Assembly: GCA_030704615.1 (NCBI GenBank)
Contig: CM060733.1
Coordinates: 8,432,001-8,496,000, forward strand
Length of the DNA stretch: 64,000 nucleotides
Direction: 5' to 3'
Source: Takakia lepidozioides
Lineage: Eukaryota; Plantae; Bryophyta
Each line of letters begins with the position of its first letter. Within the stretch, counting starts at the first letter, position 1. A program made the position numbers and the translations under genes. Below the pieces are notes generated by a model. The model made no database searches and was not told where the DNA came from. It worked only from the letters and a program-made list of their open reading frames with translations. Of the stretch, positions 24,201 through 35,707 are shown piece by piece.

Positions 24201-27200
24201 ACTTCTCCTGGGCCATCTTAGGCTTTCCTGGCTTGTTGAAATGGTTTTTCACTTCCTGAAGGAACTGTGGTCCAAAGGATGGGTCTGCAATTCTCAACTG
24301 CGTCACAAAAGCACTCATAATATTTTTTCTTGTGGCGGTCATCTCTTGCTTGATGTGACTCTCAACCCCCTTTGCTGTCATTCTCTCTTCAGGGGTAGAG
24401 CTATAGTATTCCAGTTTGCCATGTTGTCTTGCATCTGCAATGTCTTGCTGCAAGAGAATGCACGATAGATGCATTAACACAAGGGCAAGGGAAACAAACA
24501 GAAACAAAGATCTCGAAGCAGGAATACCCAAAGGCCAGATGATGGAAGATGTATCTCACCGCGTACATATACTCCATGAAAGCCTCGCGGGTCATCGAGT
24601 ACCATGTTTTTGATGTCTTGGAACTCTCGCACTTCTCGTACGTCTCTGCTGACAGTATGGTCTTGAAGTTGCTCAAGGGCATCTGGCCGATCCTTTGTAT
24701 CCTGTACGAGGCGGATCCATCCAAATACCCATGAACAAACTCGGCCTCCAGCTTTTGGATGTCCTTGATGAGGGGTGGACGAACGACGGGCATGGAAACC
24801 AACCTACACAGGGGAATCTTCAACCTCCCACCCGGGGCAAGCATACTTTGGACCACAAGCTGCGAATTCACCTTCTGACCCCCTAGCATCCCCGCGGCTT
24901 TGCTTTCATAGAACTCGTCGTCCACATCACCAATGTTCTCCTTTTCCTGCACTGAAGGGTTCTCATCCTCCACTCTTTGCATCTTTTCCTGTAGGGATGC
25001 ACATTCAAATGGACATATGAGAGGGGCCAGAAACAATGTGCGGTGCCGAACACTATACAGAGCTTCAAACTGAAACCTTTTTCTGTGTTTTCACAAAGTT
25101 TCAAATGTGCAGGTACATTCTTATATGGCTTCCTATTACATCAAAACATATCATTGTACAGGGGCACAAATAGTGTGCGGCACCGCACACTGTTTTGTGC
25201 TGCCATTTCATCTTCATGGAAGTTTGAGGAATAGGGCTTGGTTCACACTTCTCACATGAAAACCCCCAAATGAAGAGAGGGGCCAGAAACAGTGTGCGGT
25301 GCCCACATTGTTTCTTGCTTTCATTTGTCTCTGTTTAAAGCAAGAGAGCCAACTGAATGGGTTTATTCCAAAAAAAAAAAAAACACATGACAAGGGTTTC
25401 AAAAACCGTACCCCAAAGTGACTCTTGATTGCTTTACGGATGATTGAAGCCTGACAGACAGAGTTGGGTGACCAAAATACAAAGGGGCTGAAACAGTGTG
25501 CGGTGCCGCACACTGTTTGAAGCTGCCATTTCAAGCCTGCTAAAAAGACAAGAAGATTCACAGTTCCAACCAGCAGAAACAGAAGGGATACATTTTCAAC
25601 CAAAAGAGATCGTTTTAGGGGATCTCAAACAGTGTGCGGTGCCGCACACTGTTTCGTGATGCCATTATGCCCCGATTCTAGACATCTTCACATAGCAGAA
25701 GGGACACATTTTCAACCCAAAAGAGATCGTTCCAAGGGAGCTGAAATAGTGTGCGGCACCACACATTGTTTCGTGCAACCATTTTGCTATGATTGTAGCC
25801 TGCCTCACACACCAGAAGGGATATATTTTCAACCAAAAGAGATCATTCCAGCGGGTCTCGAACAATGTGCGGTGTCACACACTGTTTTGTGATGCCATTT
25901 TGCCCGGATTCTAGACATCTTCACATAGCATAAATGACACATTTTCAACCAAAAGAGATTGTTTCTGGGGGGCACAAACAGTGTGCGACTGTTTCGTGAT
26001 GCCATTTTTCCCTGATTCTAGACATCTTCACTTAGCAGAAGGGATACATTTTCAACCAAAAGAGATCGTTTCAGGGGAGCACTAACAGTGTGCGGTGCCG
26101 CACACTGTTTCGTGTTGGCATTTTCCCCTGATTCTAGCCTGCTTCACACACCATAAGGGACACATGTTCGACCAAAAGAGAGCGTTATGGGGAACACTAA
26201 CAGTGTGCGGTGCTGCACACTGTTTCATGCTGCCATTCAAGTGTTAGTTACGCATGCAAGAATGTGTTGAGTGCTCACATTTCAAACAATTTTTTTACGT
26301 AGAAGAGTGGCTCAAACAGTGTGCAGTGCTGCACACTGTTTGGAGCATGCATTTCAATATGATTCAAGGGAGATACACAGAGGTGAGTTAACTCCAAAAC
26401 AAGACCTGGGGGTTGCAATTCAAACATAAAATGATTGTTTGAGGGGGGCACAAACAGTGTGTGGTGCCGCACACTGTATTGTGGTTCCATTTTGGTGTGA
26501 TGCAGGCCTTAAACTGAATGCAGAAGGGGTACGAAAGAAACAAAAGAAACAAAAGAAACAAAAGAAAGAAGTGGCACAAACAGTGTGCGGCACCGCACAT
26601 TGTTCCGTGCAAACATTTCAGTGTGAATGAAGACTGGAAGAGTGTACTAAGTGCCTACATTTGAAAGGAAAGAAGAACATTGATGACAGGCTCACACAGT
26701 GTGCGGTGCTGCACACTGTTCCAAGCTTGCATTTCGATATGGTTCAAGCCCTGTTTCCATTATGCATTTCAATATGAGTCAAAGGGGATAAAGAGAGGTG
26801 ACTGGACTCAAACAGAGGAGCTGGGGGCCTAAGTTCAAACGAATACGATTGTTTCTGGGGGTCACAGACAGTGTGCGGTGTCGCACACTGTTTCGTGCTT
26901 CCATTATGGTTTTTTTCATGAATTCAAGAGGTGCACAAACAGTGCTGACATTTCAGTTGAGTGTAGCCTGATATGATGTGCTAAGTGCTTGCATTTCAAA
27001 GACTTAAAGATCAATGATGACGGGCTGGAACAGTTTTCAGCTATCATTGCCATATTATTGAAGCCCTGTAGAAAGAGGTCGCTGGATCAAACAGAGGATC
27101 TGGGGGCTACAGTTCAAATAGATACGTTTGAATCGGGGGGGGGGGGGACAAATAGTGTGCGGTGCCGCACACTGTTTGGTGCTTCAAATTAGGTGTCATT

Positions 27201-28070
27201 GATGCCTGAAAGACATTCCTGGAGGGGTACATTTTGACATCAAAAAACAGAAAAGAAGAGGGGCACAAACAGTGTGCGGCACCGCACACTGTCTCGTGCT
27301 TCCATTTTGCTATGTTTGAAGTTTGGGGGCGCAGATATAGATAGCTACATCTCACAACCAGCAAACCCTAAACAACTTTCACGACATGCAGCAACAGTGT
27401 GCGGCACCGCACACTGCTTTCAGTTTACACATATTTCAGCCTCAATAGTTTGAATCCTGTGCTATGACCATCATTTCGAACCAATTTGGAGGGGCAGAAA
27501 CAGTGTGCGGTGCCGCACACTGCTTTAAGCTTCCATCTCACTCCAAAATTGCCAGTTTCAGAAGGGGGACTGATAGTGTGCGGCACCGCACACTCTCTCC
27601 TGCATCCACAATCCTCTGCATACACAGGGAGCGTACAGAGTGTGCGGCGTGCATCGCACACTGTGCCAGCATAACATGAAGCAAAAAGAAAATGTCACAG
27701 TGAACAACACTTGTACCTTTCTCTGTGCTGCGTTGGATGTCTCTCCAATCGCAAGAGACCCTTTGCGCTTGGGACTACTGTCTACGCCGAGCATGTTCTG
27801 GAGCATCTCCTCCATCCGCTTTTCCACAATCTGTTTCTTCATCAGGTCGGCATCAATATCCTCTTCGGCGTACGTCTCTCCCTCGGATGCAGTCTCCTCC
27901 TCACCCGTTCTCGGCAGGATGGGGGGCTGTTGTTCCTCTTCAAAATCTTGCTCTTGCATCGCCAATCTTTCCTCATTGTCTGCTTCTTCCTCCTTTCCCT
28001 CTTCATCTACTCTTTCCAATCTCATTCTATCTCTGGCTCTTTTCCTGTCCCTAGTGTTGGTAAAGTACAT
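21250..28070 (-). pseudogene. Spliced TE accessory gene: acidic N-terminus, ParB-like segment, beta-class N6A/N4C methyltransferase-like C-terminus
   Basis: GT-AG introns at about 27717-24989 and 21896-21781. ParB-like RLKIPLCRLVSMPVVRPPLIKDIQKLEAEFVHGY (about 24725-24825). Motif IV-like KLIILDILDG (about 22555-22585) and FLSDAG. Spliced motif X/I region WRGARERSPAFIQTIV..RVLDLSMGT|GASYHAACKASARHLFGIEGD. Confidence 0.65.
23474..27663. repeat. Array of about 23 copies of the 24-bp palindrome ACAGTGTGCGG(TG/CA)CCGCACACTGT
   Basis: Two copies at about 23474 and 23571, and about 21 copies between 25033 and 27663. Spacing is often about 116 bp, with homologous spacers in 25600-26220. Confidence 0.95.
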
Positions 28071-28679
28071 CAACTTTCTTCTCTTCTTCCTCCGATGGAA
28101 ACAAACGCTCCCCACACTGCCTCTAGAGCTCTCCAGTTTGACGTTTGCAACAACGGTTGCTTTGGCATGTATCGAAAATACAATTTGGACATTGTTTCCC
28201 ATATTTGGATGCGGGTGTCATCTTATGTGCGAACAGAATTCATGCATTTCTCCGCCTCTCAATCACCCAAAAAACTGAGTGGTGGCACTTCAATTGCCGT
28301 TCCGTCAAGTTGTGGCATGTGTCAGATGTACTTCGCCAGCTGCCAGTATACGAATGGCTTTTTGCATTCATGAAAATTGAGAAGTGTCGTAAAAAACTGT
28401 CGCAAGTCGAATTTTGAACAGGATTTGCACATTGGCAATAATTGTGATGCTTCACATATGCATCCACGTATGTTGTACTGCCTATCCTGCGAATTATATT
28501 TCGCCGACTCCGGCGCAATATAGTGATCTCGGTTTAAAGCTTGGTGTCGGCGATCGTAATGTTTTACGCACCTTCGTGCGGAGTGTCAGTGTTTGTGATG
28601 TGCTCTTCTGGCACAATGCAACAAATTTGATTCGGGGTTTCCTGTTTATTGGACTCGTGGGGCCGTCGCCGTCTTTCCA

Positions 28680-31400
28680 TAATGGATGGCTTCAGATCTT
28701 TGCAGGGTTTGCTTTTCATCCAAAGACAATACGGCTTCTTGTGGCTTCTTGTCTTTGAAATCAGTTTTTCCAGTTGGTGTCTCTCAGTACACTCATTGGG
28801 ACTATTCTAAGCTTGTGTACCTCAGTTCATTTGAGGTGGATCCTCTCTCAAAAATTACGGGCTATCACTACGGCGGATCCTTTGTGAATCGCAACTTTGG
28901 TTCAGTCTAGGAAACATGTCCAAGGAGGGAGACAGACTCGCTCGATTTCATTCCAATGCAGGTTGCCACTACAGATGAGGATGGGTTTGCAGTTGTTCAT
29001 GAGGATGAGCTGGTTACAGTATTCCCACTGGAATTGGGTTCTCTGCTTGTTCAAAAAGAGGTGTATGATGAGGATGGGAATTTGGATTCTGGGCACTTGC
29101 AGAAACCGTTGGTTGACGAGTGTGGGAGGAAGTGGAGAGTCCTCCCAGGCAGATATCGGGTCCTTGGAAAAGAGAGAAGACAATCAGTAGGATCAATAGT
29201 TACCCCTGGCACTGCAGCATCGGTCGTGCAGCAGAAGGGCACAATGCATCTGAAACAAGAGGTGAGCACATCCACTACATTCGTGACTCTTTCAGACTCG
29301 TCTTCGGAGGATATTTTTGAAATTCCTCTGCTAGTCCAGATTCCATTCTTGGATGATGATAAATTGCAGGAGATAACGAGTGTCATTCTGAAATTGAAAG
29401 CCCTCGCAAGGGTGCCTGGGTGCAAGAACGAGCTGCGTTTTGTTGATTGGGAGTCCCTTCGGGTGTAGCGGGATTCAATATGTGCTAGCAGAGTTTGATG
29501 GGGACATTTTGTTTGAGCTCAACCCTCCCACGTCTTCCACTGGACTTGCTGGGTTTCTGCAGGGCATGGACAAGAAACATGACGGACACCCTTGGTGCAG
29601 GACAAAAACATCGAACATCCACAACGACATTGGATTGAAATTTCGAAGGTTGGCTTGCGTTGGACATTGCAAGTGCCTAAATACTTCTTGCCCTCGCCTG
29701 AGAAACAGCTCTAAACCAAACGAAAGTGAGTGGGAAGGGGTGCCCCTGAATCCTTTCACACGAGGGCTTGCCCCTCCCAAGACTAATACTTTTGTGTGCA
29801 GGTTCTGCAAACTTGCCCCGTCTTGTGTTTCTGTGTGTCACTCTCGTATGTACCAGGTGGCACACCGGTGCAAGACAATGACTCGTGCCTGCATTCATAT
29901 GGGTACACACGAGCATCCCGTTCTGGCACGTCATACAAAACGCTGCATTCAACCTGACCTTCAATTGGAGCACAGAAGGCTCTGCCTCAAGTACAAAAAT
30001 GCCACCTCAATGGGAGAGGTTGAGAGCACTTACAAAGCAATCCGGGCTTGGTGGTTCTCCTCTGGTGCTGCTACTGGGATCCAGCTGAAGGAGTTGGAGG
30101 ACTGGTTAGTTTTCTGGCACTTTAGGTACAGACAGTGGGGAGCTTTCATGACGACGGTAAGCCTCTTCAATCCCAGAAACACAAATTTCACTTGACATCA
30201 TGCCTGTTCCAATTCCTCTGGGGTTGTTGGATTGTCACTTGCAGAACCTCTGCCATTTCCTTTCGTTCCTCACATTTGCGTACATTGCCTCCTTCATGAC
30301 ATGTCCTTGGAGGACTTGGCCGGCATGCCTTCGTGTAATTTGGCGGAGACTGTTCACAACATCTGGATGCAATAGTCTACCAAAGCAGGACGTGACTTGT
30401 ATGTTGCCACTGCAGATGACATGGTGCGGACACTTACACAACAAACCAGATACCGGAATTTTTTGATGGGACGGGGCGGAGGCAAGGGCCCTGATATGAC
30501 TTTGTCGATGCTAAGGGCTGCGAGCAGGTCCGGAGACCCATCGAAGATGGCGAGAGCTCTGAACAGGTGCACTGAAGGCTCCCCTTTGCAATCCAGGGTT
30601 CCCCATTTGGAAGGCGAGGAAACATTTGGATCATGCAAAAGGAAATTGAACACTCCTCCAGGGTCGGATGGAGATTCCCATCGCCCCGACAGGATCAATT
30701 TCTCTGTACCAAAGGTGTCTCCAGTGCAGATTAAGTCATGTGTCCGCCCCTTCCCAAGTGGGTCCTCTTCCAGTGGAGCAGGTGCAAATCATGCAAGCAC
30801 AGCAGCATGAATCCCAATGGAGTATGAATCTGATTGCATTGACAGTGAGTGGCATATAGAACGCACCCCACCTGGATCTAGAGTGGCTTGCATGGCAGTT
30901 CGGACCCCCTCTTTCAAGAAATGCAAAAAAAAAATATGCAGAGGCTCCAGGGGGACTCTAGCTCCAACATTCACAGGGTTGTTCCGACCTTATCACAGTG
31001 GGGAGTCAAAGGAGTGGAAGTTCTGGTTCTGCCCAGACGATATGGCATGATGCGTCAAGGGAACAGTTCGTCCTTTGGTGATAATGAAGCCCCCTCCGCC
31101 CGCAATTTGGCCTGTGAAATTTGGGACGTCGCTGTCATAAGCCGAGATAAGCATGCTAGAGGAGGGAGGGTTCCGTCTTGCACTGTCCCGGGTGGTGCCC
31201 CCATGCACTTTGGGCACTGATGTGCCACATGCTCCGGCAATGCCTCCACCCGGTGTTGACTGCCACCCAACAAAAAAAGATGGAAAAACAGTGCGCCGTG
31301 TCGTTTCGGGTGCAGATCACGACTGCAAGATGAAATCGGCTAGAATTTTGCAGGCTCGGGTGACTCATATCACCGAAAATCCCGGCCCGAGGGTATGGCG
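28680..31400 (+). mobile_element. Mutator-like transposase pseudogene 2 (GCM-like Zn domain, DD core deleted)
   Basis: EFDGDILFEL..GMDKKHDGHPW..CVGHCKC..C..CRFC..C..HMGTHEHP, collinear with MULE 1. Also WLVFWHFR, the E motif CNLAETVHNIW (about 30335-30368) and WHIERT..FWFCPDD..WPV. Confidence 0.8.
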
Positions 31401-31439
31401 AGAACTAGGTGCCATGGATGGCGTTGACACTGTCTCCGC

Positions 31440-32871
31440 CAAGGTGAATGACTGAGGCAGCCTCGCCTATTGTGCAGACATTGCAGACATGGTGCATGGT
31501 GGCCCCCTTTGTTTTGTCCACGATAATAGGCCCTCTTCCTGCAATCCTCACCTATAGGGCCTGCTTCTCCATCAGATTTGTGCCGCTCACGCTTTGCAGC
31601 TACAACGTGAGCTCAACTCCCAGGCTTATGGGGCTGGGCTCACGCCGTAGCTACGCTGGTCTCTAATATGGGAAAAAGCTAAACCAGCTAAGATGAGTGC
31701 CTTTCTCTGGCAGGTGGCCAACAGAGTCCTTAAGGTGGGCCAGTTTCTAAATTTCCCGGAAGCCCTCTTATGCCAGTGTTGTTCCATCCAAACAATTGAA
31801 TCTCTTGAGCATTGTTTGCTCCACTGTCTTGCTCCACGAACCATCTGGCCTCTTGTTCAAGATTTCTACAAGGCATGGGATCACTTGCCTTTCGGCCCTC
31901 TTGCAATCCTCCTCAATTATAATCAAAGGGGGAAAACCAAGGCAACTGACTGCCCTGTATTTGAGTCTCTTAGATCTTCGGTTCTCTGGAATCTATGGAA
32001 AGGGAGATGTGCATAGACCTTACATAGCCAGAATACCTCTGCTACAGCCATACTCACCTTGGTTTTCTTTGATCTTACCGTGGTTGCTACAAAGGCTTGG
32101 GCTTTGCTTTGTGCAGCTGTCGTCAAGAAACTAGAGAGACAGACCGCCCTGCTCCATACCTTCCGATCAACATGGGCCAAGCACGGGATCATTTGTAGTT
32201 GCGCTACTGATCTCACCTGTTTATGGGCGGACAACATCCCCTTCGGCTGGCAGGGGCACAGACGTAACCTCTTCGGCTTCACCAGAATTTGAGAGGACAG
32301 ATGTTAATTGGAAGCATGTCAGGCCCGGCCCAGCAGCCAGTCTTCCATAGATGATTCTGTTGCCCATGCTCTTTATTTTGATCCTATTTGAAGCTTCTCT
32401 CCACTCCTCCACCACTCCTCCACCACTCCTCCTCTAGGCCTCTCTTCTCCCCTTAATCCCTGCTACCTTGCATCCCTCCCCCCACAGGCACCACTCCGTT
32501 CCGCCCCCTGTTCCGTTCTGTTCGATTCTATCCCCACTTCTCCTAAGCTCTCTTCTTTCTTCTTACTTTCACCTCGTCTTCTCCCCTTTTCTTCTAAGCA
32601 TAGAACCCATGCCAGGGTACTGTTATTTTCAGCTTTGGTTAATTTCGTCCTCGGGGAGCTCCGAGCCCACATGGTGTCCATTTATTGGCCCATTATGGTG
32701 TCCTCGTTTCTAGCTACCGTTCGGGAGTTATCCAGCACGGTCTACCGTGTGTCCAGCCTTATGGCCGCCTACGAGCAACAAAGGGTTTTAATTTTTTTCC
32801 CTTCAATAATCATCAATAAAGTTCCATCCAGGGCTCTATCCCCTGTTTTATTTTAAAAAAAAAAAAAAAAA
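31440..32871 (+). mobile_element. L1-type LINE 3' end with zf-RVT, 3' UTR and poly(A)
   Basis: KMSAFLWQVANRVL..CQCC..ESLEHCLLHC..IW and LWNLWKGRC. AATAAA at about 32815 and an A-tail at about 32855-32871. Confidence 0.9.
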
Positions 32872-32970
32872 CAGGGTTCTCATGGGATCAACCCATGATA
32901 TAAGGTTAAGGTCACTTTGGCTTGATGCGTAGTCCCTACCCTGTGGGACAGGGCCAACAAAAAGGAAATA

Positions 32971-33471
32971 TCCCAGTCGGAAATCAGACCCCTTAGTTAT
33001 AGTGAGAGGAGAAAATAACCTCTTCCAAGTAACCTTGCCATGATCAACCACGCCCAACAAGGTAGCAGGATTTGAACCAGAATCACTAACCCAGAGAACA
33101 TTGGGAATCGAATGCACAGGTGCAATCTCTAACAGGACGGTTCCGCCAGTTTCCGGCATGTCAAATTCTCCCCACCCTCTCTCAAGAGGGACGTGGGATT
33201 GAAGGGAGTGTAACTCCAGTTGGGGTGACACTGGTTTCAAAACGCAAGGTGACACTACCAAGGGTTACACATTGGCCACGCATCAAGAATTGAGCCCAAC
33301 ACTCGTCGCCTGCACTGCCATCACCTTATCAATAGGCTACACATCCATGCTTAAGAAACTCTGGCATTCTAAATTACTTGATAGTGAATCCGGGGTAAGA
33401 AGGGGTGAGGAGGATTTGCCAGGCGCCACAAAGTTACAGTGAGGAGCTAGAAGCAAGCCTGTGATAAACCA
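32971..33471. repeat. Unclassified dispersed repeat of about 500 bp, copy 1
   Basis: Direct copy at 48803-49320. Both end GAAGCAAGCCTRTGATAAACCA. Confidence 0.9.
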
Positions 33472-34211
33472 TTTCTTTCATTTGCGTGAGTTTCTTTTGG
33501 GTTAGAACGTTAGAACCACGGCCTTACATCCTAACTACTTGCACAAGTGCACAGAAAGGATACTTTGTAAGATTCATTGCACGCGAAATTGCCAGTTGAG
33601 AAGAACAGGGTCCACAAAGCTTTCGTGGAAAGGAGTGTGCGAGGTTCAAGTTGTAAACAAGATCTGCAACAATACCAAGCTGGGCCTCTACGTCTATGGC
33701 TTCCTCCACCAAACAGATTGCCTGTCTGCAACTTCTGATGCATTTTTCGCTCTTGTTGATTTGCCCGGTCTCTTGCCTCTGAAAGCTATCCTTTTTACAT
33801 CAGCGGGTGGGTTGCGACTGGTTCATGTACTGTGGCCTCTCAAGTGAAGTTCCTCTTTCACCACATGCGGACCCTTGATCCAAGCCTTCAACCAGATTAT
33901 CAACTATGACAGTCCGGCAGAAAAATGTGTATGCACCCGGGGGCAGTCACATCCCTGCAAAGATTTTCTGAAACAACAGGCAAGTACAGAGGAAAGAGAA
34001 AGGTAAGGACAATTCGATGGGCACGCTGAAAACGATGGTGGCTCACAAACCGATGCGGAAGGCAAGTATGCCGGACTGCTTTCAGTCGATAGTACACCAA
34101 GAACACCCTTGGGGCCTGGAATGGAGAGAGAAACAGAAGCATAAGGCAAGCGTGCAGGACTGCTGTCAGTTTGTAGAATGTCAAATGAAACAGCATTCAA
34201 TGATATGTAGA

Positions 34212-35707
34212 CATCAATACGGACAAACACAGACAGAGTCTCCAAAGCAAGTCAAAAGCCAATATGAGCCAAGCCTAGGACCACAAGAAAGTAGAGGGAA
34301 CACGACCAGGAAAGGTGGTGAAACTGATGATGTAAACGTATAGCTATTATCAGAGCCAATGACATGACCTTCGCCACTGCGAGGTCCAACAGAGCGCATG
34401 ACTTCGCAGTGCCAGGCAGGCCTTGCCAGACTAGTGTCACCTCTGGCACATTGCTGCCTCAATAGCCGATTTCTCACTGGATTCAGGCCCATCTGCATTG
34501 CAAATTGTTTCTCCACTGGATCGTGAGGGAGGGGAGAAATGAAAGGAAAGAAAGACAGAATTTCCGCAGGGGATAAGAGAGAAATATTTCAGAGTACTGA
34601 CCTAAGCATCGACCCAGTTTCTAAGACCCAGACGATAGTTGTTTTAAAGCAACCTCCTACTACAAAGATCTCAAAGGTGAGTAGTAGCACATGGCGCTTC
34701 ATACACACTTATTCATTTGGACCTAGCAGGGGTACAAAGAAAGATGGACAGAAATATTCCCACGTAAAGGAAGAGAGAGGAGAGATTTCAAAAAACTGAT
34801 CTTAGCAACCAAGCTTCTGAGACCCAGTCAAAAGCATTTCCAAAGCACAGATGCAGCAAAGTTCTCAAAGGCCAGCAGTTGCGCATACAGCTTATAAATG
34901 TTCAGTCAGGTAATCTTAGATGTGAGCAGAAGGACGACAACACGGAGTACAAATAATAGCAAGACAGATACAAATTAGAGGCGATGGACCTGTGTGTTCC
35001 TTCCATAATAACGATGTCCTCAGCCACAAGGGGTTTCTTTGGACTGAGCCACTACATCTCCAGGCTGCCCGAATGCCTTCCGTGGTTCCCCTTGTGTTAT
35101 AATGTTGTGGTGACAATTCACCTCACTGGCTGTAGATGATATTTGGTAATATGTAGACAAACTCCTCGAGGCTGCCAACAGCAAGCCTCTTCTCTAATGG
35201 CAACACGTGATCTACAGGAGTAGTTATCGTTCAAGCACTGGATTAGTGAAAATTACTATTGTACGCCATGCTTTGTTTCAACTGCAAAAATCCCAGATTT
35301 CATGTTGAAGCTCAGCACACGCCAGTCAATGAACAGATCCCAGTTCCACCCTTGCAGCACCAAATTTGTACCGAAGTTCATGCCTTCAGCATGTGATTGC
35401 ATGACCACTTCGTAGTTTAAGTGTTCAGCTGAATAAAAGCTGTACATTCAGTCAGATCTGGTCACCCTCACCCCCGAGCTGGTGAGAGAGAGAGAGCGAG
35501 AGAGACTCCACGCAAACCAAAACGATCGTTCAAAGAGGAAACTCCTGACATACTTCAGTAGATTTCAAATACAAGTTGGCACCTGGCTTTGGCATTCCAC
35601 TTGGCGGGCATGGGTTGCCGATAACGCACGTGTGCGCGTGCTTCTGCTGTGTCCTCTCTGCGCATGGCTCCAGACTGAGCGTTTGACAGCGTTTTGCAAT
35701 TGCAGGC
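34212..35707 (-). repeat. Inverted duplicate segment, copy A (interrupted by an insert of about 830 bp)
   Basis: 34212-34628 and 35465-35707 are reverse complements of the contiguous block 45243-45891. Confidence 0.88.

Noticed and set aside
25033-27663. CRISPR array
   Set aside because: Eukaryotic intronic context, spacers are long, variable and partly homologous to each other, and there are no cas genes.
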